Below, in pieces: positions 29,660-40,051 of a stretch of 64,000 bases of DNA. Within the stretch, counting starts at the first letter, position 1. The number at the start of each line of letters is the position of its first letter. Location: the IMG/VR virus record IMGVR_UViG_3300032295_003347; one strand, 5' to 3'. This DNA is from an uncultured virus (IMG/VR IMGVR_UViG_3300032295_003347). Taxonomy: Duplodnaviria > Heunggongvirae > Uroviricota > Caudoviricetes. The notes beneath the pieces are model-generated. The model was not told the DNA's origin. It saw nothing but the letters and a program-made list of their open reading frames with translations, and searched no databases. A program made the translations under genes and the position numbers.

Positions 29660-30292
29660 ATGAGCTACTTAAATCACAACCTGCCGACGTTCACCTGCTA
29701 CATCCGAAACGAATTCTTATATAATCACAAACAAGGCCATGGTGACGTGACATTATGCGACGTACACTCCGTGGCATCCCTGGAAAAACACGTCCCTTTG
29801 TTTGAGGTGTTCCTAGAGAATGGTGTTAACTGGACAAGGCGCCCAATCCATGCTCTTTGCTGGAAACCAGATGCGCTTAAGCCTGAACTTAATGAGTGCA
29901 TGTGGTGGGATTGTTTCTCTCCGTATATTGATGTACAGGTTAGGTCACGCCTTTCAAATTTACGTGCGAAGTTAATCAATTTCAAAGGTGAGAAAAAGGG
30001 TGGCATCTACATGTTCACCCTTGACTGGTCGTGGGAATCCAAGTCAACTCTTAATACCAATTTCAGTGAAACACCTGAGCACAAGTGTGCGCATTTCTTC
30101 CGGATGGATGATGGCAATTTTTATGCATACCCCAATAACCGAATCATCTGGTACGACGATGCATGGCTCAAGAACAGGATTGAAAAGAACCCTGGGTACG
30201 AGATTGACTTGACTGAGTACAGCGTAGAGAACTCACGGATGATAGAAACATCCGATCATTTTATATATGAGACGACTACCACAAACGGCTAG
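29660..30292 (+). CDS. Conserved hypothetical phage protein
   Basis: 210 aa, W/H/C-rich (EHKCAHFF..DDGNFYAYPNNRI.W). Confidence 0.75.
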   Translation: MSYLNHNLPTFTCYIRNEFLYNHKQGHGDVTLCDVHSVASLEKHVPLFEVFLENGVNWTRRPIHALCWKPDALKPELNECMWWDCFSPYIDVQVRSRLSNLRAKLINFKGEKKGGIYMFTLDWSWESKSTLNTNFSETPEHKCAHFFRMDDGNFYAYPNNRIIWYDDAWLKNRIEKNPGYEIDLTEYSVENSRMIETSDHFIYETTTTNG

Positions 30293-30323
30293 TGGTTTAC
30301 TGTTATATTTACCTTAGCAATAC

Positions 30324-30581
30324 TTGGCTTTAGTGCCAACCTCCAAAGAAATACATCAACGCAATAGGGGAAAGTTACTTGCGTACAAGAAGACTTTAAG
30401 CTGTCAGCATTGCGGGCTAGCTGATCATCGTGTCCTTGAGTTTCACCATATAGGTGAGAAGGACCATAACATATCAAATATGGTCAACCACGGATACAGC
30501 TGGCGCCGTATCGAAGAAGAAATAGAGAAATGTATTCCGTTATGCTGCAATTGCCACAGGCTTGAACACTGGAGTGATTAA
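30324..30581 (+). CDS. Small HNH endonuclease-like protein
   Basis: CQHCG...LEFHH...EIEKCIPLCCNCHR; start uncertain. Confidence 0.7.
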   Translation: MALVPTSKEIHQRNRGKLLAYKKTLSCQHCGLADHRVLEFHHIGEKDHNISNMVNHGYSWRRIEEEIEKCIPLCCNCHRLEHWSD

Positions 30582-31132
30582 CTATTCCTTAGGGTAGCTT
30601 TGATTTGCCAAGCTGCTTTAAAAGCTTGGCCTGTCAAGTCGGCAAGGAAGTTTTGAATATCAATAGCTCCAACTTTAGAAGCAATAGGCTCTAGTTTTTT
30701 AGCTTTCATACCAAGCTCCTCAAGATTTTTGTAGTACACCCCAAGCATGTCGGTTCCTTTATAGCTAGTAACATGCTGGATACCTGGCCCCGCATCAGCC
30801 AACCCCTTGCTACACATTGGGGTATAAAAATCCATGCTGCGAATAAACTCACCAAGCGCATCAAATTGCGCAAGGTGAGCTTCGTATTGCTCTTTAAGGA
30901 ATGCGTGAACTCCCAAAAAGTTTCCGCCCTCATAGTTTAAATGGCAAAGGTGTGCCTGCGTTTCTAGCTCTTTAAGGTATGAGCAAAGAGAGATGCATTG
31001 CTGGATAAAGGCACCTACATCACCGCCAGCCTTGGACTTGGCAGGAGCTTTTGGCTTGTCCTGGGGCTGAGGAACAGCTTGAAGCTGAGCGGTTTCAACA
31101 GGCTGATACTGTTGGGGTGCAGGGGTATACAT
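30578..31132 (-). CDS. Dps/ferritin-like protein
   Basis: HLCHLNYEG.NF..VH.FL.EQY......D.LGE.IR. Confidence 0.75.
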   Translation of the reverse strand: MYTPAPQQYQPVETAQLQAVPQPQDKPKAPAKSKAGGDVGAFIQQCISLCSYLKELETQAHLCHLNYEGGNFLGVHAFLKEQYEAHLAQFDALGEFIRSMDFYTPMCSKGLADAGPGIQHVTSYKGTDMLGVYYKNLEELGMKAKKLEPIASKVGAIDIQNFLADLTGQAFKAAWQIKATLRNS

Positions 31133-31181
31133 AAGTCTTGATCAATAGTTCCAGTTTATCAGCTATTAACACCTTAACGCC

Positions 31182-32630
31182 TCATCTCGAGATTTCCTCC
31201 CAGTCCATTGATGCATGCACGGTAGAGTTACCTGCAGCAGCCGTTAAAACAAGACTTAACTCATACGGAGTATTCGTTAAACCGTCTCGTTCTAGTTGGA
31301 AACTAAACAATGCTTCTTTGAGGATATCAATAGGAGCACTACTTTGATTACTAGAAGAGAAATACCCTTGCGCAAGAATACGACCACCCGTTGTAGCAGT
31401 ACCTGTTAAGTTATATTCCACACTAGAGTTGGCTCCAGCACTAACCCAAGTGCCACCTGTAGTTGTAGCAGTAGCAACAACACGCCAAAGATAGTTGGTA
31501 CTACTAACACCCAGCATTGAAAGGGCAGTAAGAATAACAATTGCATCTAAAGCGGTTGACTTAAGACGCAATGAGATAACAGGATAGAAAGTACCAGCCG
31601 TCGTTAAGTTATGCGGTGCAGTAATGGTTGTACCAATAGCTTGCTGTAGGCCACGCAATTCATAGCCACCTTCCGAAAGTACGGTAGAACAGACTTGTTT
31701 TAGTGTGCTGCTACTAGCCGTCGTATTGGTATTGGTGATTTCGTAACGAAGCGGAAGTGATGCCGTGGTGATATAGGTTGAAGTAATTAAGTTGGCATGA
31801 TGGAATGAATGGCAGTGGACGAATTGACCGTTGATAATAAAACCAAGGCGAACCGTGCCAAGCCCAAGCCATTCAATATCCATCCAAAAGATTTGAGCCT
31901 TGCTTAAATCCAGTGTGTACCCAGATGGACCTGTGCCATCCATTGGGTCTACATTCCAGTCAGCCTTAGCAACTTTGGTGTCAACAGGAGAACCTGTAAC
32001 TAAACTGCGCTCAACAAGTGATACGGTAGTACCATCTTGCTCGATGAACATGCCATTATTGACACCGTAGTAACCAACGCGTTGCCGCAGATTTGCTTTA
32101 GCTGCGTTCATTACAAACGTAGACATAACCAACAGGGATTTCCCTGGCTGGTATGAAAAACATTTTGTTGTTTCTCGTACAATTGAAGAACCAGAAGCTG
32201 TGGTTGTATTGAGTGTTACTAGTCCAGCATTAGCATCGAACGTTGTGGTGCCACCAGTTCCCGTAGCCGTGGTCCACAGGCCATTATCTTTGTAGCGATG
32301 GCTTGAATCAAATAGTGTTAAAGGACTAGCAACACGTAAACGGCCAAATGCATCAGAGCCCGTACCACCAGCTTGAACAGTAACCGTCCCACTAGTTGTC
32401 GTTGTTACTTCAATAGGTTGTCCACTAGCAGTAGTGACGACAATTCCAGAACCGTAATCGGCGTAACCAGAGGTACCATCGCCGTAATCATTGATATAAC
32501 GACTAATCACTTTGCCAACACAGATACTTTCTATTAGTTTAGTTGAGACAACCTTTGTTAGACTTGTAAAAAATAGGTTATAAACAATGCCTTTAGTACG
32601 CGAGAACTCACAACTGTATGAAGTTATCAA
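31182..32630 (-). CDS. Virion structural-type protein (true start probably near 32510)
   Basis: DAFGRLRVASP.TLFDS, YQPGKS, EWLGLG.VR.GF, ends WEE. Confidence 0.7.
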   Translation of the reverse strand: MITSYSCEFSRTKGIVYNLFFTSLTKVVSTKLIESICVGKVISRYINDYGDGTSGYADYGSGIVVTTASGQPIEVTTTTSGTVTVQAGGTGSDAFGRLRVASPLTLFDSSHRYKDNGLWTTATGTGGTTTFDANAGLVTLNTTTASGSSIVRETTKCFSYQPGKSLLVMSTFVMNAAKANLRQRVGYYGVNNGMFIEQDGTTVSLVERSLVTGSPVDTKVAKADWNVDPMDGTGPSGYTLDLSKAQIFWMDIEWLGLGTVRLGFIINGQFVHCHSFHHANLITSTYITTASLPLRYEITNTNTTASSSTLKQVCSTVLSEGGYELRGLQQAIGTTITAPHNLTTAGTFYPVISLRLKSTALDAIVILTALSMLGVSSTNYLWRVVATATTTGGTWVSAGANSSVEYNLTGTATTGGRILAQGYFSSSNQSSAPIDILKEALFSFQLERDGLTNTPYELSLVLTAAAGNSTVHASMDWEEISR

Positions 32631-33219
32631 AGTCGGTACAGTTGCTGGCGAAACTTTAAATACTTCAATTTCAGGTGTAACACCATCTAACGGCGCACTG
32701 CCAGTTAGCGATAGTAATAGTAGCCTTACCGTAGATGGCAGGGCATTTCGTGCTGCAGTAACTATTACTCGTCCCAGTAATACTACTGCTTATACTGCCG
32801 GTGATGTTGTTGGTAGCACTAGTGGCAGTGCAATTATTACACTGCCCAGCATCGGTCCTAGCGGCGGTTATGTATTGCTTCAATCAGTGCGTCTTCTGAT
32901 TGGTAGCACCAGTGTCCCCAGTGGCATGGGCGCATTCCGGCTCCATCTATATACCGCAACTCCGAATGCCATTGCAGATAATTCTCCTTTTGATTTGATG
33001 AGTAGTGAGGTGGCTAACTACACTGGTTATATTGATTTACCTGCACCGCAAGACCTTGGCAGTACATTATTTACGCAGGCTGATTATTGTGGTACAGCTA
33101 TTAAGTTAGCAACTGCAAGCACCAGTTTGTTTGCTGAGCTGGAAACTCGTGGTGCATTTACTCCCGCAAGCGCCACTTTATTTGATCTTCGTGTGATGAC
33201 GCTGGAGGCTGGACTCTGA
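32587..33219 (+). CDS. Hypothetical virion protein
   Basis: TRPSNTTAYTAGDVVG; coupled to next gene. Confidence 0.7.
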   Translation: MPLVRENSQLYEVIKVGTVAGETLNTSISGVTPSNGALPVSDSNSSLTVDGRAFRAAVTITRPSNTTAYTAGDVVGSTSGSAIITLPSIGPSGGYVLLQSVRLLIGSTSVPSGMGAFRLHLYTATPNAIADNSPFDLMSSEVANYTGYIDLPAPQDLGSTLFTQADYCGTAIKLATASTSLFAELETRGAFTPASATLFDLRVMTLEAGL

Positions 33220-34541
33220 TGCTCGGCTCAGCAGCGTTTCGTACAGCAGTTGCCCCTGGCGGCGTACTAGCTGGCCCATGGGTTAAGAATGAATTGTGGC
33301 GTCGTGCTCGTGCGGTACCATCGCTGGATTTGCGTTTTGCTGACAACAAAACCTTGACTGACGCCGCTAGCGGCCAAAACCTCGTCACCTTCACCCGCGC
33401 CAGCAGCGGCACCTTTACGGATAGCGACGGGCTGATCAAGACCGCGACGACTAACGAGCCACGTTTCGACCACAACCCAACAACGGGTGAAAGCCTGGGA
33501 CTGTTGGTGGAAGAGCAGAGGACGAATTTGGTACTTAACAGCGAACAGTTTAATGACGCAAGTTGGACAAAAACAAACTCCACTATTACATCAAATACGA
33601 TTGTTTCGCCCGATGGATCGACAACTGGCGACAGCATAACGTCAAACGCTGGAATACTGGGTTATGTTTTTCAAAATACAAGCCAAATTACAGGCACAGC
33701 GTACACTCTTAGCACTTTTGCAAAAGCGAATCAATACACTTTCTGTCAATTAAGAATTATAGGCGCTGTTGTGGGGTCAATCACAAGGGCGTATTTTGAC
33801 TTGGCAGCAGGAACAGTTACTGGAGCGGCAAACTGTACTGCGTCCATAGAACCTGTTGGTAGCGGTTGGTACAGGTGTTCAATTACCTACACTACTATTT
33901 CAACGGCAACAGCAGCACCAAGAATCTACGGTCAGGTGGCTGCTTCTGACACGGTAGGCGACGGCACCTCTGGCATCTATATCTGGGGTGCCCAACTAGA
34001 AGTCGGCTCCTTCCCCACCAGCTACATCCCCACCACCACCGCCACAGTTACCCGCAGTGCAGATTTGGCCAGCATTACCGGGGCAAATTTTAGCTCTTTT
34101 TATAACCAGGTAGAGGGGACAATGTTTGCGGATAGCGTTCAAGCAGTTGTCACTCCTGCCTCACGTTTAGTTTCAGCATCGGATAATACAAGTTCAAATA
34201 GAGTTGCGCTCAGTAGAGGTTCGGGTTCAGGCGGTAATATCAATACAACTGTTACCAATGCAGGGTCAGCTCAAGTATCCGCTTTGCTTTTAGGAACCGG
34301 TATTGCCGCTGGAACACCCAACAAAGTTGCTGCTGTTTACAAGGTCGCTGATTTTGCAGGCAGCGTCAATGGTTTGACACCCGTAACTCAAGGAACTGGA
34401 ACATTACCTGGTGTACTGACGCAACTAAGCATTGGCAGTGGGGAAGCTTTAGGGGGCAACAGCATGAACGGCACCATCAAACGCCTCACCTACTGGCCGC
34501 AGCGCCTTCCCAACAGCACCCTCCAGGCGGTGACCCAATGA
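33219..34541 (+). CDS. Tail/head fibre-like protein with lectin (LamG-like) domain
   Basis: TFTRAS, PRFDH, GLLVEEQRTN, WGAQLE.GSFPTSYIPT, NGTIKRLTYWP.RL. Confidence 0.75.
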   Translation: MLGSAAFRTAVAPGGVLAGPWVKNELWRRARAVPSLDLRFADNKTLTDAASGQNLVTFTRASSGTFTDSDGLIKTATTNEPRFDHNPTTGESLGLLVEEQRTNLVLNSEQFNDASWTKTNSTITSNTIVSPDGSTTGDSITSNAGILGYVFQNTSQITGTAYTLSTFAKANQYTFCQLRIIGAVVGSITRAYFDLAAGTVTGAANCTASIEPVGSGWYRCSITYTTISTATAAPRIYGQVAASDTVGDGTSGIYIWGAQLEVGSFPTSYIPTTTATVTRSADLASITGANFSSFYNQVEGTMFADSVQAVVTPASRLVSASDNTSSNRVALSRGSGSGGNINTTVTNAGSAQVSALLLGTGIAAGTPNKVAAVYKVADFAGSVNGLTPVTQGTGTLPGVLTQLSIGSGEALGGNSMNGTIKRLTYWPQRLPNSTLQAVTQ

Positions 34542-34774
34542 CCCACTACCTTCGCTTCCCTGATGCCGTAGCGGGCATGGCCGCGTTGACCGACGCCGGA
34601 TTCGCCACCACCGACGGCAGCGTCCTCACCGCCAGCCACATCCACGCTTTAGATGTGATTGGCTTAATTGATGGTTACTCCGGATGGCATGTAAATTATA
34701 TTGGTGATTTACCAAGTGATTGGACGATGCATCTGGTAAGTCCTGCAAAACCAATCAGAGTTTTTGCATCTTAG
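34538..34774 (+). CDS. Small fibre-associated protein
   Basis: YLRF.D, ALDVIG, GWHVN, P..P.RVFA; ATGA overlap. Confidence 0.65.
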   Translation: MTHYLRFPDAVAGMAALTDAGFATTDGSVLTASHIHALDVIGLIDGYSGWHVNYIGDLPSDWTMHLVSPAKPIRVFAS

Positions 34775-35009
34775 ATTTTTTCATATATAACTTACGCATT
34801 TCTTTGTGGCTTAAACCACCATAGTCTCGTGGCTCTGTAACAGGTACATTCTTGGAACCGCAAACACCGCAATCACCAACGTGGTAAGTAGCGTAATGAG
34901 ACGGAGGTCCTACATATGCACTACCCTTGTACCAAATCCCGTGGGTTCTCCCACAGTCATCACAGATCCATTCAGGGTAATACTCTTGCGTTTTCATTCT
35001 TACTTGCAA
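34755..35009 (-). CDS. Zn-ribbon hypothetical protein
   Basis: WICDDCG ... CGVCG ... VTEPRDYG. Confidence 0.6.
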   Translation of the reverse strand: MQVRMKTQEYYPEWICDDCGRTHGIWYKGSAYVGPPSHYATYHVGDCGVCGSKNVPVTEPRDYGGLSHKEMRKLYMKKSKMQKL

Positions 35010-35401
35010 CGCAGCAGGTCAACTAGCTCTTGAGCTTTATCATGTTCTTTTTTGACATGCTCAGCATTGTTACATGCAGCAGCCAGGAAACATTCAAAGA
35101 GTTCAGCGCCTGACATCTCATTAAAGAACTCAGCAATTGTGTCAGCAAAATACTCAGTTGCTTTTTCTTTGCGGCTAGAAGCAAAACTTTCTTCAGTAAA
35201 GAACTCACTCCAAGTCATGTTCTCAGGATTAACTCCATCCCATCCTGGCATAACACTCGTGACATTGCTTGTATCATGAAGAGACTCACGTGAGCTTTTA
35301 GAGGCACCAGGCGTATCAATCTCAGCAATTACACGGTTAGCTCGATACCATTCTTGCCATTTACCAATGGCATTCATCGGTTCATTCACTTGATCTTTCA
35401 T
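35000..35401 (-). CDS. Hypothetical protein
   Basis: ORF; start uncertain. Confidence 0.55.
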   Translation of the reverse strand: MKDQVNEPMNAIGKWQEWYRANRVIAEIDTPGASKSSRESLHDTSNVTSVMPGWDGVNPENMTWSEFFTEESFASSRKEKATEYFADTIAEFFNEMSGAELFECFLAAACNNAEHVKKEHDKAQELVDLLRCK

Positions 35402-35465
35402 AACAAAAAAAGAACGTACCACTAGTGTGGCACGTTCCATAAGTATAAATTGTTTAACTTGAACT

Positions 35466-35759
35466 TTAGGCTGCAACCTCAAGTTTATTTTGTTTTGCTA
35501 CCAATTCCTCGTATTCTTTAACTGCGGCAAGCATTTCAAAGTACCGTTCACGCATTGTGGTACCAGCTTCGGTCAAGCAGAACCGTTCCCACAGACCCGT
35601 GTAACACTTGTTAGTAGGCTGATAGACCTGGTACAGGCGCTCCATAAAGTCAGCCTTCTTCTGCTCCTCCACCACGTCCCAGTTACGCAGTTGCTCTTTC
35701 AACCAAGGTGTATCGAATGCACCAGTGGTATTCAGTTTCTTAAGAAGTTCTTCAGTCAT
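35466..35759 (-). CDS. Hypothetical protein
   Basis: MTEELLKK start overlapping upstream stop. Confidence 0.6.
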   Translation of the reverse strand: MTEELLKKLNTTGAFDTPWLKEQLRNWDVVEEQKKADFMERLYQVYQPTNKCYTGLWERFCLTEAGTTMRERYFEMLAAVKEYEELVAKQNKLEVAA

Positions 35760-35949
35760 TGGAATCAATTGCGGTGATAGAAGTGAAGACACCTTTGACG
35801 GCAGGGCTTGTTTCAAAGAGGAGATCGTCTAGCTCATCCTGGAGAGCAATAGCAATATCCTGTGTAGTGCGACCGCCAAAGCTGTCGTACTCAACCTCAA
35901 GATCAACCGCAAACGATACGGTTAGCCGAGGAACAATAACGGGTTCCAT
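35752..35949 (-). CDS. Hypothetical protein
   Basis: MEPVIVPRL ORF. Confidence 0.55.
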   Translation of the reverse strand: MEPVIVPRLTVSFAVDLEVEYDSFGGRTTQDIAIALQDELDDLLFETSPAVKGVFTSITAIDSND

Positions 35950-35974
35950 TGCTGGTAGTAAAGACTGAATTACT

Positions 35975-36232
35975 TTACAGCAACTTCTCCAAAGAGTGCA
36001 CTTGATTTTGCTGATAGTAACCAAGACGCTCTTGGATCAGATGCGTGTAATTGATGGCAGCATCAACCATCTCAGTTGCGTCCATTGATGCAGCAAGGTT
36101 TTCATTTGCTAACATCCCTGCTGTTAACGCAGTAACCTGCCACTCAAGCTTGGTACCCACCAATGCGGGAAGAGGTGTCCCTGCCTGAGTGAAACCCGCC
36201 AGTAAATCAACCAGCTTACTTTCATCAGTCAT
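35975..36232 (-). CDS. Hypothetical protein
   Basis: 85-aa ORF. Confidence 0.6.
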   Translation of the reverse strand: MTDESKLVDLLAGFTQAGTPLPALVGTKLEWQVTALTAGMLANENLAASMDATEMVDAAINYTHLIQERLGYYQQNQVHSLEKLL

Positions 36233-36508
36233 GGAACACCTCTTGTATCTATTTATTGTATGGCAACTTATTTATCACCACGTGCCAGGTAGTACCAGTA
36301 GGCACGGGCTGCGTTCTGGTGGAAGCGCTTACCAAGCAAAAGCTTAAGTTTCTTTTGCTCAAGCTCATCAACCTTATCGTTGTGGTAAGGCACTGGCTCG
36401 TCACCGTCACACAGCATGGACATCTCCAGTTCATTCATTTGGATCTGGAGATTGAAGTCATCAACACTATGGTTGTGACATGACATGCGGATGTGTGCAT
36501 CCTCGAGA

Positions 36509-37222
36509 TCAGTCGGTGGCTCCAACTTCTGGTAGAAGTTCTCCGAGATGTTCGGATGCCTCCAGATCCACTGACTGGACTGAGAAGATGCGCTTGGAAC
36601 GGACCGAGTATTCTTGGACAACTTTGACTCCGTGTGGTAGGTGCTGACCGGTTTGGTAGGCGTTGCGGATAGCATCGAGGTTGGGGAGAACTTCTTGTTT
36701 AGTTCGAGGTTCAGTCCTTTCTTCAAGGACTTCTCCTGACATTGAACGTACCACGATTCGTTTGGTTGTGGTTGTTTCTTGCTCAATGCAGAATTTGTTG
36801 CGTTCTTCAGTGTCCCAAAACTCTGGGTCTGACGTGATCTCAACAGTTAACTCCTTCTTACGTATGAGGGTGAATTGATAATTGCGTCCACTGATCTTGT
36901 TGGAATCAGATGGCAGTGCACGCCGTAACCAATTTAGCAAACCCTTGAGGGATCGGAGTTGAGATTCATGGTGACGCTTGGCTTGGGTAATGAGATCCCC
37001 TTCCTTCTTGATGCGTTCAAGAGCATCCTCATGGGCCGCCATAGCGTAATAGATACGGTCGACCTTCTCTGAACGGAGAGAGGCACAGGCCTCCAGCTCA
37101 GCTTGCGCCAGCTCTTGGGACTCAGGAGTGAGGAGAGGAAGACTACGTTCCAGGGCACCATAGTGCTCGTAAAGTTTGAGGATGTTTAGATCCTTGAGTT
37201 TAGCTTGAGTAAGTTGAGTCAT
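36509..37222 (-). CDS. Siphovirus Gp157-like (Gam-like) protein
   Basis: Coiled coil KVDRI...IKKE...L..AK....QL..LK; C-terminal AIRNAYQTG...GV.V. Confidence 0.6.
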   Translation of the reverse strand: MTQLTQAKLKDLNILKLYEHYGALERSLPLLTPESQELAQAELEACASLRSEKVDRIYYAMAAHEDALERIKKEGDLITQAKRHHESQLRSLKGLLNWLRRALPSDSNKISGRNYQFTLIRKKELTVEITSDPEFWDTEERNKFCIEQETTTTKRIVVRSMSGEVLEERTEPRTKQEVLPNLDAIRNAYQTGQHLPHGVKVVQEYSVRSKRIFSVQSVDLEASEHLGELLPEVGATD

Positions 37223-37225
37223 GGC

Positions 37226-37345
37226 TCAGATGTTTTGGAGATGAGCTTGAAGTTTGTTTAGTGCATAGGCCAGCAGCGCTGCGGCTGCTGTCCAAAGAAT
37301 ATCTTTGAGAACAGGAAGAACAATTGATGCAATGGTTTCGAACAT
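37226..37345 (-). CDS. Small hydrophobic peptide (39 aa)
   Basis: MFETIASIVLPVLKDILWTAAAALLAYALNKLQAHLQNI after pseudoknot element. Confidence 0.55.
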   Translation of the reverse strand: MFETIASIVLPVLKDILWTAAAALLAYALNKLQAHLQNI

Positions 37346-37365
37346 GAGTTAGTTGTATATAGGGT

Positions 37366-37392
37366 GGTCAGTTTTACGTCATGACCAGGACG
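37366..37392 (-). promoter_or_regulatory. 27-nt pseudoknot element (family B, copy 1)
   Basis: CGTC-CTGGTCAT-GACG-TAAAAC-TGACC. Confidence 0.7.
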
Positions 37393-37397
37393 ATTGA

Positions 37398-37724
37398 TCA
37401 CTCTGGTTTTACCAGAATTTCTTTAATAGATTTGAGTTCATCCATCATATCTTGCCGAGTAAAACCTGCGATTGGATCGTAACCACGTTCTGCAATTTTC
37501 TCAGGGTTTTCAGTCTTCTGGAGAATACGAGCCTCATCGTTTGCATCATACGTAATGCTTTCGTACATCTTCCAGATCACATCATGGGGCCACCCATTAA
37601 GATCCACGTCGTTCTCTCGTGCTACAGAAACAAGTGCACGCATTGTTCTAAAAAGAAACCTTGCTTTGTCTTCAAAGATCTCAAGGTAACGATCTTCATC
37701 AAGGCCGTAAGTGTCAATCGACAT
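37398..37724 (-). CDS. Hypothetical protein
   Basis: ORF MSIDTYG. Confidence 0.6.
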   Translation of the reverse strand: MSIDTYGLDEDRYLEIFEDKARFLFRTMRALVSVARENDVDLNGWPHDVIWKMYESITYDANDEARILQKTENPEKIAERGYDPIAGFTRQDMMDELKSIKEILVKPE

Positions 37725-37909
37725 AACAATCAAGTGCGTTGGTTAATGCTTCGATGATAAAGGATTTTTGTCCTTCTTCACCAAGGTTTGTCCAGTATTC
37801 AAGATCTGGATCTTTATTGTCCCAATGAATGTAGATAGTACAACCACCATCCTCTTCATCAATGACTTCCACCTCTAGCTTTTCAAACCAATTGGTGGTT
37901 AATTTTTCT

Positions 37910-38485
37910 TTAGTCATTGTCAAGCTCCTGTTGCGGCACCGGCAGCACCCAGTGGGGGAGCCAGTGGGAGAAAGCGTACTTGAGCTGTGGCACTCCAGGA
38001 TTGTCGATACTGATCAACCTCCAATCTCCATCAACCTTCCCGCACATCCAGCATCTTCCCTGATCATCGCAATCCTCTGGTCCCGGCAGCCGCCCACTCA
38101 CCGGCACCGGCTCAATGGCGGGGCGGCCCCAGCGGGCGAGGGCTTCTTGGATTACCCATTCAACCGACTTGTTTCCTTTAACGCAGTGAAGTGCTAGGTC
38201 TTGCATCTCCGAATCCGTCGGCCCCTGCGGCTTGGGCTGGGGCTCAAGTTCACCTTTGATTTCCCCGCAGTCGCAATACTCAGGTCCCTGCTCGCATGGG
38301 CCCCCACACTCTGCAATGGTGACCGGGCTGTATCGATAGACCATCTTGGGCTCGGGCTGGGCCAGGGCGGTTGCGGTGCGAATACGGAGTTCAGCTAAAC
38401 AAGACGTACCGCTGTACTCGTCTTCCACTATTTCAAAAAGCTCAGCGCACAGCTCTCGCCAGTCGGTGGAGGAGAGGTCAGTCAT
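37910..38485 (-). CDS. MTDLS-family modular hypothetical protein
   Basis: MTDLSSTDWRELCAEL ... ALARWGRPAIEPVPV..RLPGPEDCD..GRCW ... HWLPHW.LPVP. Confidence 0.7.
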   Translation of the reverse strand: MTDLSSTDWRELCAELFEIVEDEYSGTSCLAELRIRTATALAQPEPKMVYRYSPVTIAECGGPCEQGPEYCDCGEIKGELEPQPKPQGPTDSEMQDLALHCVKGNKSVEWVIQEALARWGRPAIEPVPVSGRLPGPEDCDDQGRCWMCGKVDGDWRLISIDNPGVPQLKYAFSHWLPHWVLPVPQQELDND

Positions 38486-38804
38486 TGGGCAGGGCCTCCA
38501 GTGCGCGGCGGATGGTGTAAAGATCGTCTGTTGGATAACCACTACGTTCGATTCTGTCGACAGCAATGTATGCTTGCTCCTTCAAGCTTGGCTGCTTGGG
38601 ACGTCGGGTGGTACGAAGGTCTTCAAGATGGCAGGGATTCCAGCCTTCGTTAATACGTACTTGAAACCACTCACAACACGCCTCCAGCTCCTGGTCGGCG
38701 CCCCATTGGGCGGCAGTCGTAAACACGTCCGCGATGCCGTACTTCTCGACAAACGCTGCCCACGCCTGCATCAGCTCAGTTGGTGGGGTAATAGGATGAG
38801 TCAT
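38478..38804 (-). CDS. HPITPP-family paralogue 1
   Basis: HPITPP, AAQWGADQELEACC, RRPKQPSLKEQA, TIRRALEALPND. Confidence 0.75.
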   Translation of the reverse strand: MTHPITPPTELMQAWAAFVEKYGIADVFTTAAQWGADQELEACCEWFQVRINEGWNPCHLEDLRTTRRPKQPSLKEQAYIAVDRIERSGYPTDDLYTIRRALEALPND

Positions 38805-39748
38805 TTCTTTTTGATTGCAGATTGCAGTTGTGGTAGTGCAATACCAGGGAATGGAACGTAGCCAGCCTCCATCATATTAAAGAACAGATCCCAGGCATGA
38901 CTCTGGTTGAAAACCTCGTTAGGTTTGTACGTACGCCAGTGGGTTAGTGGAGCCTGAGCACCAGACTTGGTATGCAACAGTACAAACTTACCCTCGCTGA
39001 CATGATCAACAGGAGGTGCATACCACCATGCCACACACTTATCAGGTGTTCCACTGGATAGTGCATTGCGTACCTCAGTGCGTTTGCACAGCAGCTCACG
39101 GTACTTATGAAACCAAGTCAGGTGGATGCACCAGGGTTTGAATCCTTCAATCTCCTGTTGGAATAACGAAACATCAAGAAGCTGACGCTGAAAGGACCCA
39201 CATGAGCAGTAAGGTTCAGGAGTGCTGGTCTGAACGCTTGAGGTGTCTTCCTCCAGCACAGACTCCAAGTCAATTGGCCGATCCGGGCCCCAAAGCCCAT
39301 CCGGCGCAACCAAATGTCCCAGATCCGTTTGTTCATTCTGGAGGAGGGCAACGACTTTGGCAGGGTCTGATAGGTGTATAAATTTGTCGGCCCAGTGCTG
39401 TTGAAGTTTTGCATTGGATGTCAGGTGTCCAAGGGCATGTGAATAGTTCCAACCTTTAAACATAATGTAGGAATTGTTACGCCATACACTTGGCCCTCTG
39501 TAGTTAGGACCAAGGTAAGCAAAGAAATCCTTGAGGCGATGTGTGTACTGCTGGAAAGAACCTTTGATTAACTGCCGGTCATAAGTTTGCTCACTACCAT
39601 CGCGACGCACCACAATACAATGATCACCTCGCAGATAAATACCAGCAATTTCGGTGTCATCAAAATCCTGGTACGCACGCCCAATGTTGGTACGTGTGTA
39701 GATCGCCGCTTGCGCTGCGTTAAGTTCCTGTTGCGTTTGGGTTGACAT
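38801..39748 (-). CDS. SWIM Zn-finger protein
   Basis: YCSCGSF ... WCIHL. Confidence 0.65.
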   Translation of the reverse strand: MSTQTQQELNAAQAAIYTRTNIGRAYQDFDDTEIAGIYLRGDHCIVVRRDGSEQTYDRQLIKGSFQQYTHRLKDFFAYLGPNYRGPSVWRNNSYIMFKGWNYSHALGHLTSNAKLQQHWADKFIHLSDPAKVVALLQNEQTDLGHLVAPDGLWGPDRPIDLESVLEEDTSSVQTSTPEPYCSCGSFQRQLLDVSLFQQEIEGFKPWCIHLTWFHKYRELLCKRTEVRNALSSGTPDKCVAWWYAPPVDHVSEGKFVLLHTKSGAQAPLTHWRTYKPNEVFNQSHAWDLFFNMMEAGYVPFPGIALPQLQSAIKKK

Positions 39749-39772
39749 GAGTTGAGTTTGAGTTGAGTTTGA

Positions 39773-39970
39773 TCAGACGTGCCAGGAGCTGTCGTCTTCC
39801 TGGATGGTAGCACGGCTCTTGGCATCCTGGTATGCTGCCCGCGATACACGGTACGTTCCGTAAGCAAGCGCAGCCCATGCCACAGGAGTGCCCACAAGAG
39901 CAAGGATACCCGCACCAAGTAGGCCAAAGGAACCTCCGACTTTTAGAACAGCTTTGTGCTCAGGCTTCAT
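39773..39970 (-). CDS. Small membrane protein
   Basis: Gly-rich hydrophobic segment. Confidence 0.55.
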   Translation of the reverse strand: MKPEHKAVLKVGGSFGLLGAGILALVGTPVAWAALAYGTYRVSRAAYQDAKSRATIQEDDSSWHV

Positions 39971-40051
39971 GGCGGTAATCCTTAATACAATCCATTGGTT
40001 TTAAATCAGCTTAAATGCCATGGTTAGAATGGAACTAAACAATTTAATCTC

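Noticed and set aside
36268..36843. Full 191-aa ORF
   Set aside because: 5' part overlaps the Gp157-like gene in another frame; only the 3' part (from about 36487) is likely coding
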